In this document: piece by piece, positions 17,300-29,448 of the stretch
Layout of the letters: each line of letters opens with the position of its first letter
How positions within the stretch are numbered: the stretch's first letter is position 1
From: Polyangiales bacterium
Lineage (GTDB): Bacteria; Myxococcota_A; Polyangia; Polyangiales; Ga0077539
NCBI GenBank assembly: GCA_044229975.1
Contig: JBGARZ010000017.1
Span: 129,837 to 193,836, forward strand
Length of the DNA stretch: 64,000 nucleotides
Direction of reading: 5' to 3'
Program-made: the position numbers and the translations under genes
The notes under the pieces: model-generated
The model's input: only the letters and a program-made list of their open reading frames with translations
Told to the model about the DNA's origin: nothing
Database searches by the model: none

Positions 17300-18705
17300 T
17301 TCAACACCATCGCGACGACGGCCGCGCCGACCACGACGAGGGTCAGGACGAACCCAACCCACGGACCGCGCGCCCAGGCGAACGCGGGCGGTTCGGTGGG
17401 GGCCGGGATGAAGTCCAAGCGCTGCCGACGATGCGGGACATGGACGTTCGGAGGCGGAGCCACGGACGGAGGTCGCTGCCTGGGTACGAGCTCGGTGCCG
17501 ATCTCGGGATCGCTGACGGGCGCAGCGACCTGCGACTTCGCGGGGAGCGGTCGCGTCGGGACACGATCGTCGTCGTCCGTCACCTCGACTGCGGGTGCGG
17601 CTGCGGGCGCAGCCTCCACGGGTTGTGGCAACGCATCCGGCGCCGGAGCGCTGGGGACGATGGCGTGCAGCTCGAAGGGCTCGGCCGTGACACCACGACG
17701 CGACGCCTGACGCTCGCGACGGGCGCCCAGCTTCTCCTCGACGTCGTGGAGAAACTCGTCCGGCAGGATGTCGTTGATGCCCTCGAAGGCGCTGGGCCGC
17801 GGCATGAATCCGAGGGCGAGCTCGGGCGTGACGTTCTTCCAGATCGCGCACCCGGCGAGCGCCGCGCGAAACTCCGCCATGGTGCGGTAGCGCTTGTTGA
17901 GCTCGCGCTCGAGCGCGCGATGCACCACCGCTTCGAGGTCGGCGGCGACGTCGGGGAGGTGATCTCGGAGCGGCGTCGGGCGACCGTAGATGATCTGCGC
18001 CATCACGGCGTTGGGGTTGCTCGCGCCGAAGGGGAGCGTGCCGCAGAGCATCTCGTAGAGCATCGTGCCGACGCTCCAGATGTCGGTGCGCGCGTCGATG
18101 GAGCTGTCACCCAGCGCCTGCTCGGGGGACATGTACCAGGGCGTCCCGAAGACCATGCCCGTCGCCGTGCGCTCGTTGCGGTCGAGCGCGTCGATGACCT
18201 TGGCGATGCCGAAATCGATCGCCTTCGGCACCACGACCCCGTCGTCGGTCTCGTGCAGGAAGACGTTCTCCGGCTTGATGTCACGATGCACGATGCCGAC
18301 GGCGTGCGCGGCGACGAGCGCGTCCATCACCGGGAGCGCCACCGCGATGGTCGACAGCGACGAGAGGCTCCCGAGCTCGTTGAGGCAGCCCGAGATGTCG
18401 GCGCCCCGCAGCAGCTCCTGCACGATGAAGCGCGTGCGCAGCCGCTCGTCGTTGCCGAAGCCGTGAACGCCCACGATGTTGGGGTGCCCGATGCGCGACG
18501 CGGCCTGCGCCTCGCGCTCGAAGCGCTTCACCAGATCCTCCCGATCGTAGAGGTCCTCGCGCAGGGTCTTGAGGGCGACCACGTCCCCGGTCTCCGCGTC
18601 CTCGACCCGGTACACCGCGCCCATGCCGCCCTGGCCCAGCACGCCGCATACGCGGTAGCGCCGGGCGACCATCGTTCCCTCTGCCAAGAGCGTCGGTTCA
18701 GCCAT
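17296..18705 (-). CDS. Hanks-type Ser/Thr protein kinase with a C-terminal TM anchor
   Basis: LGQGGMGAVY, VALK, HRDIKPEN, DFG, GTPWYMSPEQ and DIWS; Pro-rich linker and a terminal hydrophobic helix. Confidence 0.95.
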   Translation of the reverse strand: MAEPTLLAEGTMVARRYRVCGVLGQGGMGAVYRVEDAETGDVVALKTLREDLYDREDLVKRFEREAQAASRIGHPNIVGVHGFGNDERLRTRFIVQELLRGADISGCLNELGSLSSLSTIAVALPVMDALVAAHAVGIVHRDIKPENVFLHETDDGVVVPKAIDFGIAKVIDALDRNERTATGMVFGTPWYMSPEQALGDSSIDARTDIWSVGTMLYEMLCGTLPFGASNPNAVMAQIIYGRPTPLRDHLPDVAADLEAVVHRALERELNKRYRTMAEFRAALAGCAIWKNVTPELALGFMPRPSAFEGINDILPDEFLHDVEEKLGARRERQASRRGVTAEPFELHAIVPSAPAPDALPQPVEAAPAAAPAVEVTDDDDRVPTRPLPAKSQVAAPVSDPEIGTELVPRQRPPSVAPPPNVHVPHRRQRLDFIPAPTEPPAFAWARGPWVGFVLTLVVVGAAVVAMVLK

Positions 18706-18714
18706 CGATGGAGC

Positions 18715-21042
18715 TCACGTCAGTGGACCTTCGCCGCGACCGCAGACCGCGGACACCTGGCGCAGGTCGGTCTTGCCATCGAGGGCCTTCTCGATGCCGT
18801 CCTGGAGGAGCGTCGTCATGCCCGAGGCCCTCGCGATCGCGCGCAGCTCGGTGATGTTGGCCCGACGCTGGATCGCGCGCCGAAGGTCGTCGTTGACCAC
18901 GAGAAACTCGTGGAGCCCCACGCGTCCCTTGTAGCCAGTCTTCCCGCACGCGTCGCACCCCGTCGCGCGGCAGAGCGTCGCCGAGCGGTCGTCGCGCAGC
19001 CGCTGGATCTTCGGGTGGGTGCCTCCGTACATCCGTTCGATCTCGTCGACCTCCGCGCGCGCGGGGCGGTAGTGGTCGACGCACTTGGGGCACATCCCGC
19101 GGGCGAGGCGCTGGGCCAGCACGCCGCAGAGCGCGTCACCAAACGTGAAGGGCTCGACGCCCATGTCGATGAGCCGGGTGATGGTCTCCGGCGCGCTGTT
19201 GGTGTGCAGCGTCGAGAACACCAGGTGACCCGTGAGCGACGCTTCCACCGCGATGCCGGCCGTCTCCGGGTCGCGCATCTCGCCCACCATGATGACGTCC
19301 GGGTCGGCGCGCAGAAACGAGCGCAGCGCCGCCGCGAAGGTGAACCCGATGCGGGGCTGCACCTGCACCTGTCGCAGGCCCGCCTGGGTGATCTCCACCG
19401 GGTCCTCGGCGGTCCAGATCTTCATGTCGGGCGTGTTGATGGCGCCGAGCATGGAGTGCAGCGTCGTGGTCTTGCCCGACCCGGTCGGTCCCACGCACAG
19501 GATCAACCCGTGCGGCTGGGCGATGGCCCCGCGCACCTCCTTCAGGTTGCGCTCGCTGAAGCCCACCCGGTCGATGGGCATCGGTCGGGACGACGCCAGC
19601 ACGCGCATCACCACGTCCTCGTTGCCGTTGACCGTGGGGATGGAGGCCACGCGCAGCTCCACCATCTTGTCGTGGAAGCGGAAGCGGATCTTCCCGTCCT
19701 GCGGCTTGCGGCGCTCGGCGATGTCGAGGTTCGCCATCACCTTCACGCGCGCCACCAGCGCCGAGCGCACCGACGCTGGAAACTCCTGGTACGCCTCGCA
19801 CTCGCCGTCGACGCGGAAGCGCACCACCACGTCGCGCTCGTCGCCGTAGGGCTCGATGTGGATGTCCGACGCGCCCTTGCGGCACGCGTCGGCGATCACC
19901 TGGTTGACCAGCTTGATGACGGCGCTGTCCTGCGCGTCGAGGTCTTCGCCCGCGCCGACCGCCTCCACCGCGCTCCGCTGCGACTCGGCCGCGAGCTGCG
20001 CCAGGATCTTCTTGAACTCCCCTTCTCCCTTGTCGATGTTGCCGAGGGCCGCGTCGACGAAGCGCTTCAACTGCGTCGGGGTCGCGAGCACCTCGCTCAC
20101 CCGGCGCTTGAGGTGCACGCGCACGAAGTCGATGCCGTCGGTGTTGAGCGGGTCCGCCACCGCGAGCGTCACCACCCGGTCGGTCAGGGCGATGGGGAGC
20201 ACCAGGTGCTTCTCGATCACCTCGCGCGGAATCGAGCGCACCGCCTCGGGCTCGATGGTCACCTGGTCGAGGTCGACGAAGGGCATCGAGAACTTCTCGG
20301 CCAGCGTCAGCGCCAGGTCGGCCTCGGTGATGATCCCCATCCCCACCAGCACGTCGCCGAGCTTGCGCCCCATGCGTCGCTTCTGCTCGTCGAGCCCCGC
20401 CTGGATGTCCGCCGCGGTCGCGAGCCCCGCCTCCACCAGCACCTCGCCGATGCGCATGCGCTTGCGCGCCTGGAGCTCGACGGCCTGCGCCACCGCCTCT
20501 GCGGTGACGCGCTTCTGCTCGACGAGGATCTGCCCGAGCGGCGCCGCCCTCTGCGCCGCCTGCGCCTGGAGTCCGCGCGCCAGAGGCTCCGGCCCGATCA
20601 CCCCCTTCCGCATCATCATCGCGCCGATGGGCTCGACCAGCTCCCGGGCCGTGACCCCGTGGTGATAGAACCAGAACTCGCGGAAGGGGCTCTCCTCCTC
20701 GGTGCTCGCGGCGAAGAACCCCAGCGGGTGCTGGAGCGCCGCCACGTCGACCTTCACCGCGAGCTTTCGCCCGCCCACGGCATGGACGCGGAGCAGCCGG
20801 TTGGCCGTCGGCAGCGTGCGCGGCGGGTGGCCGTCACCGCGGTGAAACCCGACCCACGCGACCCGCTCGGCCGCGACCATCTTCACCGACCCTTCGATCG
20901 TCCGCTCGCTCAGCTCGATGCGATGGTCGCTCGCGTTGGGCACGAAGGCCGACAGCCGCCCCACCCACTGCTCGCCCGTCACCGTCACCACGGTGACCGT
21001 CGTCCCCGCCTTCACCGCGTCCACTGCTCGATCCATCGCCAT
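18715..21042 (-). CDS. PilB/GspE-family secretion ATPase #2 with four MshEN-like motifs
   Basis: Same ATPase motifs as #1 with CPKC...CDAC. N-terminal repeats: PIGAMMMRKG, PLGQILVEQK, RIGEVLVEAGL, KLGDVLVGMGII. Confidence 0.92.
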   Translation of the reverse strand: MAMDRAVDAVKAGTTVTVVTVTGEQWVGRLSAFVPNASDHRIELSERTIEGSVKMVAAERVAWVGFHRGDGHPPRTLPTANRLLRVHAVGGRKLAVKVDVAALQHPLGFFAASTEEESPFREFWFYHHGVTARELVEPIGAMMMRKGVIGPEPLARGLQAQAAQRAAPLGQILVEQKRVTAEAVAQAVELQARKRMRIGEVLVEAGLATAADIQAGLDEQKRRMGRKLGDVLVGMGIITEADLALTLAEKFSMPFVDLDQVTIEPEAVRSIPREVIEKHLVLPIALTDRVVTLAVADPLNTDGIDFVRVHLKRRVSEVLATPTQLKRFVDAALGNIDKGEGEFKKILAQLAAESQRSAVEAVGAGEDLDAQDSAVIKLVNQVIADACRKGASDIHIEPYGDERDVVVRFRVDGECEAYQEFPASVRSALVARVKVMANLDIAERRKPQDGKIRFRFHDKMVELRVASIPTVNGNEDVVMRVLASSRPMPIDRVGFSERNLKEVRGAIAQPHGLILCVGPTGSGKTTTLHSMLGAINTPDMKIWTAEDPVEITQAGLRQVQVQPRIGFTFAAALRSFLRADPDVIMVGEMRDPETAGIAVEASLTGHLVFSTLHTNSAPETITRLIDMGVEPFTFGDALCGVLAQRLARGMCPKCVDHYRPARAEVDEIERMYGGTHPKIQRLRDDRSATLCRATGCDACGKTGYKGRVGLHEFLVVNDDLRRAIQRRANITELRAIARASGMTTLLQDGIEKALDGKTDLRQVSAVCGRGEGPLT

Positions 21043-21054
21043 CTCCCGTCTCCC

Positions 21055-21986
21055 TCAAGGTTGCGCCGCGAAGACCCGGTTTCGCCCGTTGTGTTTGGCC
21101 TGGTAGAGCGCCCAGTCCGCCGCGGCCACGAGGGGGTCGCCGTCGTTCTGTCCCGGCAGCATCGTCGCGACGCCGACGCTCACGGAGACCCACGGAGCGG
21201 CCGCGCCTCCACCGTGTGGCAGCCGCAGCGCCTGCACCGCCTCGCGGAAGCGCTCCGCCCGCGCGAGCGCCGCCGCCGAGCCGTGCCCCGGCAGAATCAG
21301 CGCGAACTCCTCGCCTCCGTACCGCGCCGCGACCTCGCCCGCGCCGCTCCGCTGTGCGCCCAGCAGCGACGCCACGGTGCGCAGGCACTCGTCGCCCGCC
21401 TGGTGCCCGCGGGTGTCGTTGAAGGCCTTGAAGTGGTCGACGTCGATCATCAGCAGCGACAGCGGCGCGTCGGCGAAGGTCGCGTCGCGAGCCAGGCGCC
21501 GGAGCGACTCGTCGAAGCACCGCCGGTTGGAGAGACCCGTGAGCCCGTCCTGCTGGCTCAGCCGCGCGAGCTCCTCGTTGGCGTCCGCGAGGCGCGCCGT
21601 CAGCTCGCTCATGCGCCGGCGCATGTCGTCGATGCGCTGCATCGCGCGGATCTTGGCGTGCAGCACCACGAAGCTCACCGGCTTCACGAGGTAGTCGTCG
21701 CCGCCCGCGTCGATGCCCTTCTCCAGGTCGAGGTCGGCCTCCGCGGCGGACAGGAAGATGATGGGCGTCCAGCCGTCGGGCTCCAGCGCGCGGATGCGCC
21801 GCGCCGTCGCGTACCCGTCCATCACGGGCATGATCGCGTCCATCAGCACGAGGTCGGGCTTCTCCTGGCGCCAGAGCGCGAGGCCCTTCTCGCCGTCCTC
21901 GGCCTCCAGCACCTGGTGGCCCATCCGCGCGATCATCGCCGCGAGCTTGGCCCGCACGACCCTCTGGTCCTCCACCACCACGATCT

Positions 21987-21990
<4 letters not shown>
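21055..21990 (-). CDS. REC-GGDEF diguanylate cyclase
   Basis: REC (VEDQ, LMDAIMP, YLVKP), DGLTGLSNRR, DVDHFKAFND and RYGGEEF. GTG overlaps the upstream stop. Confidence 0.93.
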
Positions 21991-24749
<2,759 letters not shown>

Positions 24750-24762
24750 CCCGATGGCTCCC

Positions 24763-24807
24763 TCAGGCCTCGCCCACGAAGGTGACCGTCATCTGTCGGG
24801 TCTTCAT
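24763..24807 (-). pseudogene. Collapsed remnant of a FIST-domain gene (mini-ORF MKTRQMTVTFVGEA)
   Basis: 14-codon ORF whose start resembles FIST N-termini and whose end resembles the FIST C-terminal (HNQT)MTVTxxGE motif. It lies directly upstream of the MHKLLARQ kinase. Confidence 0.5.
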
Positions 24808-24835
24808 GGCCATCGACCGGTCCGTGAGGTGTTGG

Positions 24836-26017
24836 TCAGACGAGGGCCGCGGGCGCGGGGGGCGCCGCCGCCTCGACGCGGTTGCGACCCGCGCGCTTGG
24901 CCCGGTAGAGGGCGCGATCGGCGGACTCGACGAGCGAGTCGACCGAGGCCGCGCCGTCCCAGCTCGCGAGGCCGAAGCTGGCGGTGACCGCGATGACGCG
25001 GCCGCCCGAGTCCACCGGGCGCGCGGCGATCGCGACACGAAGGCGCTCGGCGACGCTCGTCCCCTTGACGAGGTCGCACCCGGGCAGGACGACCACGAAC
25101 TCCTCGCCTCCGTAGCGAGCGACGAGGTCGTACGGGCGCAGGGTGGTCTGGAGACGCTCGACCACGGCGCGGAGCACCGCGTCGCCCCCGGGGTGGCCGT
25201 AGGTGTCGTTGATCTGCTTGAAGTGATCGAGGTCGAGGAGCAGCAGCGAGACGCGCGTGCCTTCGCGCCGTGAGCGCACCAGCTCGCGCTCCAGGACACG
25301 GACGCCTTCGCCCCGGTTGAGCGCGCCGGTGAGCGGGTCGTAGAGGGCGAGGCGTCGCAGCACCTCGCGGGAGCGATGGAGCTGCCGCGCACGCCGTTCG
25401 AGCCGGCACGAGTTCTTCAGGGCGTTGAGGAAGTCCCGGTGAAACTGGGCTCCCTGGAGCCACAGGAAGACGACGTAGAAGATGAGCGTGAGGGCGAGGC
25501 CGGTGGAGAACTGGTCGGGGTGATAGAGCGTGGCCGTCGCGAGGATGGGGCCGACCAGCGCGACGGTGTACGCGCGGAGCACCGTCGGCACGGGCGCGCA
25601 GCTGTTGACGGTGGCGGAGAGGACGCCCGCCGTCACGACGAGCACGAGGGTGGTCTGGGCGCCGAGGCCGTTGACGACGAGGCACGCCGCCGCCATCAGC
25701 CCCCAGTGAAAGCCCGCGAGCACCGTCACGAGCCCGAACTGCCGGAGCCACCGGCGGGAGCGACTCCGGGCCTCCTGGCCGACGACCCGCGCGAGGTGCC
25801 AGTTCCACCCGACGAAGAGGAGCCGCACGGCGATGGCCGCGAGCGCGAAGGCCGGGTGCGCGACGACCGTCGACGTGACCACCAGCATGAACACCACGAG
25901 GGCCGCGCTCGACAACGACGTGAGCCGCGCGCGCCGCGCGAGCGTCGTCTCGATCTGGGAGCGTAGCGGCAACGGTGGCAACGGTGTCGGTAGCGGGGCG
26001 TACTCCTCTACGGTCAC
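24836..26017 (-). CDS. Membrane-bound diguanylate cyclase
   Basis: About 5-6 TM helices, then YDPLTGALNR, DLDHFKQINDTYGH, I-site RPYD and RYGGEEF. Confidence 0.93.
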   Translation of the reverse strand: MTVEEYAPLPTPLPPLPLRSQIETTLARRARLTSLSSAALVVFMLVVTSTVVAHPAFALAAIAVRLLFVGWNWHLARVVGQEARSRSRRWLRQFGLVTVLAGFHWGLMAAACLVVNGLGAQTTLVLVVTAGVLSATVNSCAPVPTVLRAYTVALVGPILATATLYHPDQFSTGLALTLIFYVVFLWLQGAQFHRDFLNALKNSCRLERRARQLHRSREVLRRLALYDPLTGALNRGEGVRVLERELVRSRREGTRVSLLLLDLDHFKQINDTYGHPGGDAVLRAVVERLQTTLRPYDLVARYGGEEFVVVLPGCDLVKGTSVAERLRVAIAARPVDSGGRVIAVTASFGLASWDGAASVDSLVESADRALYRAKRAGRNRVEAAAPPAPAALV

Positions 26018-26567
26018 GAGTCGACTCCCTCCACATGGCTGACTCCCTCCTACGGGTCACCGGCGGCCCGGATACGGTACTCGGAAAATCAAACATGGAA
26101 ACACCAATTAACAACCGTCACGTATATGACAATCGAATCGGATGGGTCGCGCCGAGCCCTTGTCGCCAAAGACCACTGCTTGTGCCGACCACCTCAAGTC
26201 GCCATCCCCTCCGTCGCGCTGCTTGTCTTTTCCGAAAAACAAGTCATTCAATCGCCACTTGTCAGGAAGTCGACACGGGCGCCGCGTCCGCATCTGCGGC
26301 CTTCAGGGGCTGCGGACTGACTGCCCGATGGCTGTCCGGTGAACGCGTATTGCGTGTCATGACGAGCAGTCCCCGTCCCGTCATTGTATTGACGATTGAC
26401 GTACGCTTGCGCCTGTCACTATAGGAGTGCGAATCCGCTGGCATCGGCTTCACAGTACATGGGGTCGCATCACTGATTGTCGCGATATCCCACTCCATGA
26501 CGCGCCCGTACGACGGTCGGTGGGTTCGTAACAGGTAGCCCGTGACGTGCAGCAACCAAGAGGTGTG

Positions 26568-27722
26568 ATGAGCGCAGTAGTGCCAGAGGGACAGGATGCG
26601 ATCGACGCCAATCGTCGGGTGCTCGTCGTCGACGACGACGCCTCGGTGCGGAGCCTGTTGCGGAGGGTGGTGCGCCACGAGGGATACACCTGCGTCGACG
26701 CCGCGTCGGTGGAGGAGGCGCTCGAACAATTGGACGCCGTCGACGTGGTCGTCGCCGACCTTCAACTGGGCGACCTGACAGGGATCGATCTATTGCAGGC
26801 CATGCGGAAGCGGCACCTCGATCAGCCGTTCATCCTACTGACAGGCAGACCCAGCCTCGAATCAGCCACGGCAGCCGTTGAACACGGTGCGTATCGCTAT
26901 CTGCTCAAGCCCTTCGTTCCGGCCGACCTCGGGCGCCTCCTGCGAGACGCCGTCCAGTCGCGCGCCCCGCACCAGACCCTCGCGCCGCCGGAGGGTCGCG
27001 GGAAGCTGGAGCGCAGCCTTCAGTCGGCCCTCGACCAGGCGTGGATCGCATTGCAGCCCGTGGTCGCGACGAGCACCCATGCCTCCATCGGCTACGAGTG
27101 CCTCCTGCGGTCGCGCAGCGCGGAGCTGCCCCACCCTGGCGTGATCCTGGAGGCCGCCGAGCGCCTGGGCTCCCTGCAAGACCTCGGTCGACGCATTCGC
27201 GCGATGGCCACGGACGTGATCGAGGGCTCCCCGGATGCCTGCACGTTCTACGTCAACCTGCACCCCGCCGACCTCGCCGACCCGGAGCTTTGCGATCGCA
27301 TGTCCCCGCTGTCGCGCGTGGCGTCGCGCGTCATCCTGGAGCTCACCGAGCGGAGCCCGCTGGAGGGGGGCACCCGCTTGAACGCGACCCTCGCCTCGCT
27401 CCGTTCGCTGGGCTTCCGCATCGCCGTCGACGACCTCGGCGCGGGCTACGCGGGGCTCAGCTACTTCACCGAGGTTCACCCGGAGGTGGTCAAGCTCGAC
27501 ATGTCGCTCGTCCGCGGCATCGACAAGGATGAGGTGAAGCGGCGGGTGGTGCAGTCGATGACCGAGCTCGCCCTCTCCCTCGGCATCGAGGTCGTGGGCG
27601 AGGGGGTGGAGACCGTCGGGGAGCGCGACACGCTCGCCAGCATCGGGTGCACGCACCTCCAGGGCTACCTCTTCGCGAGGCCCTCTCCGCCCTACCCCAC
27701 CGCGCGGTGGGACCACGTGTGA
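26568..27722 (+). CDS. REC-EAL c-di-GMP phosphodiesterase
   Basis: REC (VDDD, VADLQL, YLLKP); EAL motifs GYECLLR, YVNL, LELTER, AVDDLGAGY, VKLD, EGVET and QGYLFARP. Confidence 0.92.
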   Translation: MSAVVPEGQDAIDANRRVLVVDDDASVRSLLRRVVRHEGYTCVDAASVEEALEQLDAVDVVVADLQLGDLTGIDLLQAMRKRHLDQPFILLTGRPSLESATAAVEHGAYRYLLKPFVPADLGRLLRDAVQSRAPHQTLAPPEGRGKLERSLQSALDQAWIALQPVVATSTHASIGYECLLRSRSAELPHPGVILEAAERLGSLQDLGRRIRAMATDVIEGSPDACTFYVNLHPADLADPELCDRMSPLSRVASRVILELTERSPLEGGTRLNATLASLRSLGFRIAVDDLGAGYAGLSYFTEVHPEVVKLDMSLVRGIDKDEVKRRVVQSMTELALSLGIEVVGEGVETVGERDTLASIGCTHLQGYLFARPSPPYPTARWDHV

Positions 27723-27759
27723 CGCTCCTCCTTCCCGCAGACGCGATCGAGGCACTCGG

Positions 27760-29055
27760 ATGAAGATGGTCATCGTCGACGACAACTCGGCTGCCAGGGA
27801 GCGCAGCCACCCACCGTCCGGGCAGAGGAGCGCGATCATGGGCACGGACTCCGCGCCGGGCACCTTCGCCGGGCTCTCGGCGGGCTCCATCGACTGCGTG
27901 CTGCTCGACTACCCCGACTCGCTCCCGGTGCTGCACTGGGCGACCGACCGCACCTCCACCGTCACCTACCTCGGCGGGGCGAGCCTCCAGCGGCTGGGCC
28001 TGCACGCCGTGTCGAGCGTCGGCCTGGGCGTCGGGATTCTCACCGAAGACGCCGTGGCGCGGGCCCACATGGAGCGGGCGCACCAGCGGGCGATGGACGG
28101 CGTCGAGACGACGTTTCGCGCCGACCTGGGCGGGCGCTTCTTCCGCTGCCACGTCGCCCCGCTGCGGGCGCGGGACGGCGCCGCGGTCGGAGCGAGGGGG
28201 GTGGCGCTGGACATCACCGACCAGATCAATCTGGAGCGGCAGATCCGTCACGTCGTGAAGACGGAGGCGGTGGGTCGCCTGGCGGGGAGCGTCGCGCACG
28301 ACCTCAACAACTGCCTCTCGGCCATGCTCGGGTTCGTCGGCTACGCGCGGGAGACGCTCGGCGCCGAGACCTCCGCCGCGGCCGACCTCGACGAGGTGCT
28401 GCGCGTGGGAGACAGGGCCGTCGAGCTGATCCGGCAGTTCATGAGCTTCGCCCGGTCGCCGACGACCGATGTCCGGGCGATCGACGTCGCGGCATCCCTC
28501 GAAGCGGCGCTCCCGCTGCTCCGGCGCATCGCGGGCGCCGACGTCCGGCTCTCTCTCGTCCGCGAGGACGATCTGTGGGGCAGCGACCTCGACCCGTCGC
28601 TGCTGGAGCAGGCCGTGATCAACCTCGTGCTCAACGCCTGCGACGCGATGCCCGAGGGCGGCCGGGTCGACCTCACGCTGCACAATGCCAGCGTCGGGGA
28701 GGCGATCGTCCAGGGCCCCAGGCGGCGGGTGGAGCCCGGCGAATACGTGGTGCTGTCGGTGTCCGACGAAGGGCACGGTATTCCGCGCGACATTCAAGAC
28801 AGCATCTTCGATCCGTACTTCTCCACCAGGACGCGGGGCCACGGCAGCGGGCTCGGCCTCAGCACCGTCCGCGAGATCGCGCTCCAGATGGGCGGGGCAG
28901 TCATGGTCGACTCGGAGGTCGGCAAGGGGACGACCTTCCGCGTCTACCTCCCCCGGACGCCAACCGCCACCGGGCGCGTCGGTTCGCCATCGCTGTCGCG
29001 AGGGTACGAAGACCCCAACACCGCTCACCGCTCAGTCGTGAGGAGCCATCCATGA
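27760..29055 (+). CDS. PAS-HisKA-HATPase kinase with a truncated, degenerate N-terminal receiver
   Basis: IVDDN...IDCVLLDY joined directly to the PAS (LPVLHWATD); AHDLNNCL, NLVLNACDAM and GSGLGL. Confidence 0.85.
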   Translation: MKMVIVDDNSAARERSHPPSGQRSAIMGTDSAPGTFAGLSAGSIDCVLLDYPDSLPVLHWATDRTSTVTYLGGASLQRLGLHAVSSVGLGVGILTEDAVARAHMERAHQRAMDGVETTFRADLGGRFFRCHVAPLRARDGAAVGARGVALDITDQINLERQIRHVVKTEAVGRLAGSVAHDLNNCLSAMLGFVGYARETLGAETSAAADLDEVLRVGDRAVELIRQFMSFARSPTTDVRAIDVAASLEAALPLLRRIAGADVRLSLVREDDLWGSDLDPSLLEQAVINLVLNACDAMPEGGRVDLTLHNASVGEAIVQGPRRRVEPGEYVVLSVSDEGHGIPRDIQDSIFDPYFSTRTRGHGSGLGLSTVREIALQMGGAVMVDSEVGKGTTFRVYLPRTPTATGRVGSPSLSRGYEDPNTAHRSVVRSHP

Positions 29056-29435
29056 CCACCGCAAGAACCTCCCTGGCGACGGACGCCGCCGACAACCGTC
29101 TGTCTCCGCGCATCGACGCCGAGTTCGAGGTCACCGCGCACAGCGAGAACAACTTCTATCAGGGCCTCTCGGAGAACCTCTCGGAGGGCGGACTCTTCTT
29201 CGAGACGTACGCGACTCACCAGATCGGCGACCGCCTGGAGGTGCGCTTCACGCTGCCCGGGAGTGACACCACCATCGAGGCCGAGGTCGAGGTGCGATGG
29301 GTGCGACCGCACAACCCCCTCAGCGATACAGCGCCCGGAATCGGGGTGAGGTTTCTCCGCCTCGACCCGGCCGCCCGAAGCCAGATCGAGCGCTTTACCC
29401 GAAAGCGAAACCCGTTGTTCTACGAAGGCGGCTGA
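29052..29435 (+). CDS. PilZ-domain protein (myxobacterial TIGR02266 type)
   Basis: RLSPR (RxxxR), SENNFYQGLSENLSEGGLF, EVRWVR, PGIGVRF and RNPLFY. Confidence 0.9.
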   Translation: MTTARTSLATDAADNRLSPRIDAEFEVTAHSENNFYQGLSENLSEGGLFFETYATHQIGDRLEVRFTLPGSDTTIEAEVEVRWVRPHNPLSDTAPGIGVRFLRLDPAARSQIERFTRKRNPLFYEGG

Positions 29436-29448
29436 TCTCTGGAGACCC

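Noticed and set aside
26020..26565. c-di-GMP riboswitch or sRNA in the divergent intergenic region
   Set aside because: I could not find the GEMM consensus by eye; an Infernal/Rfam scan would be needed.
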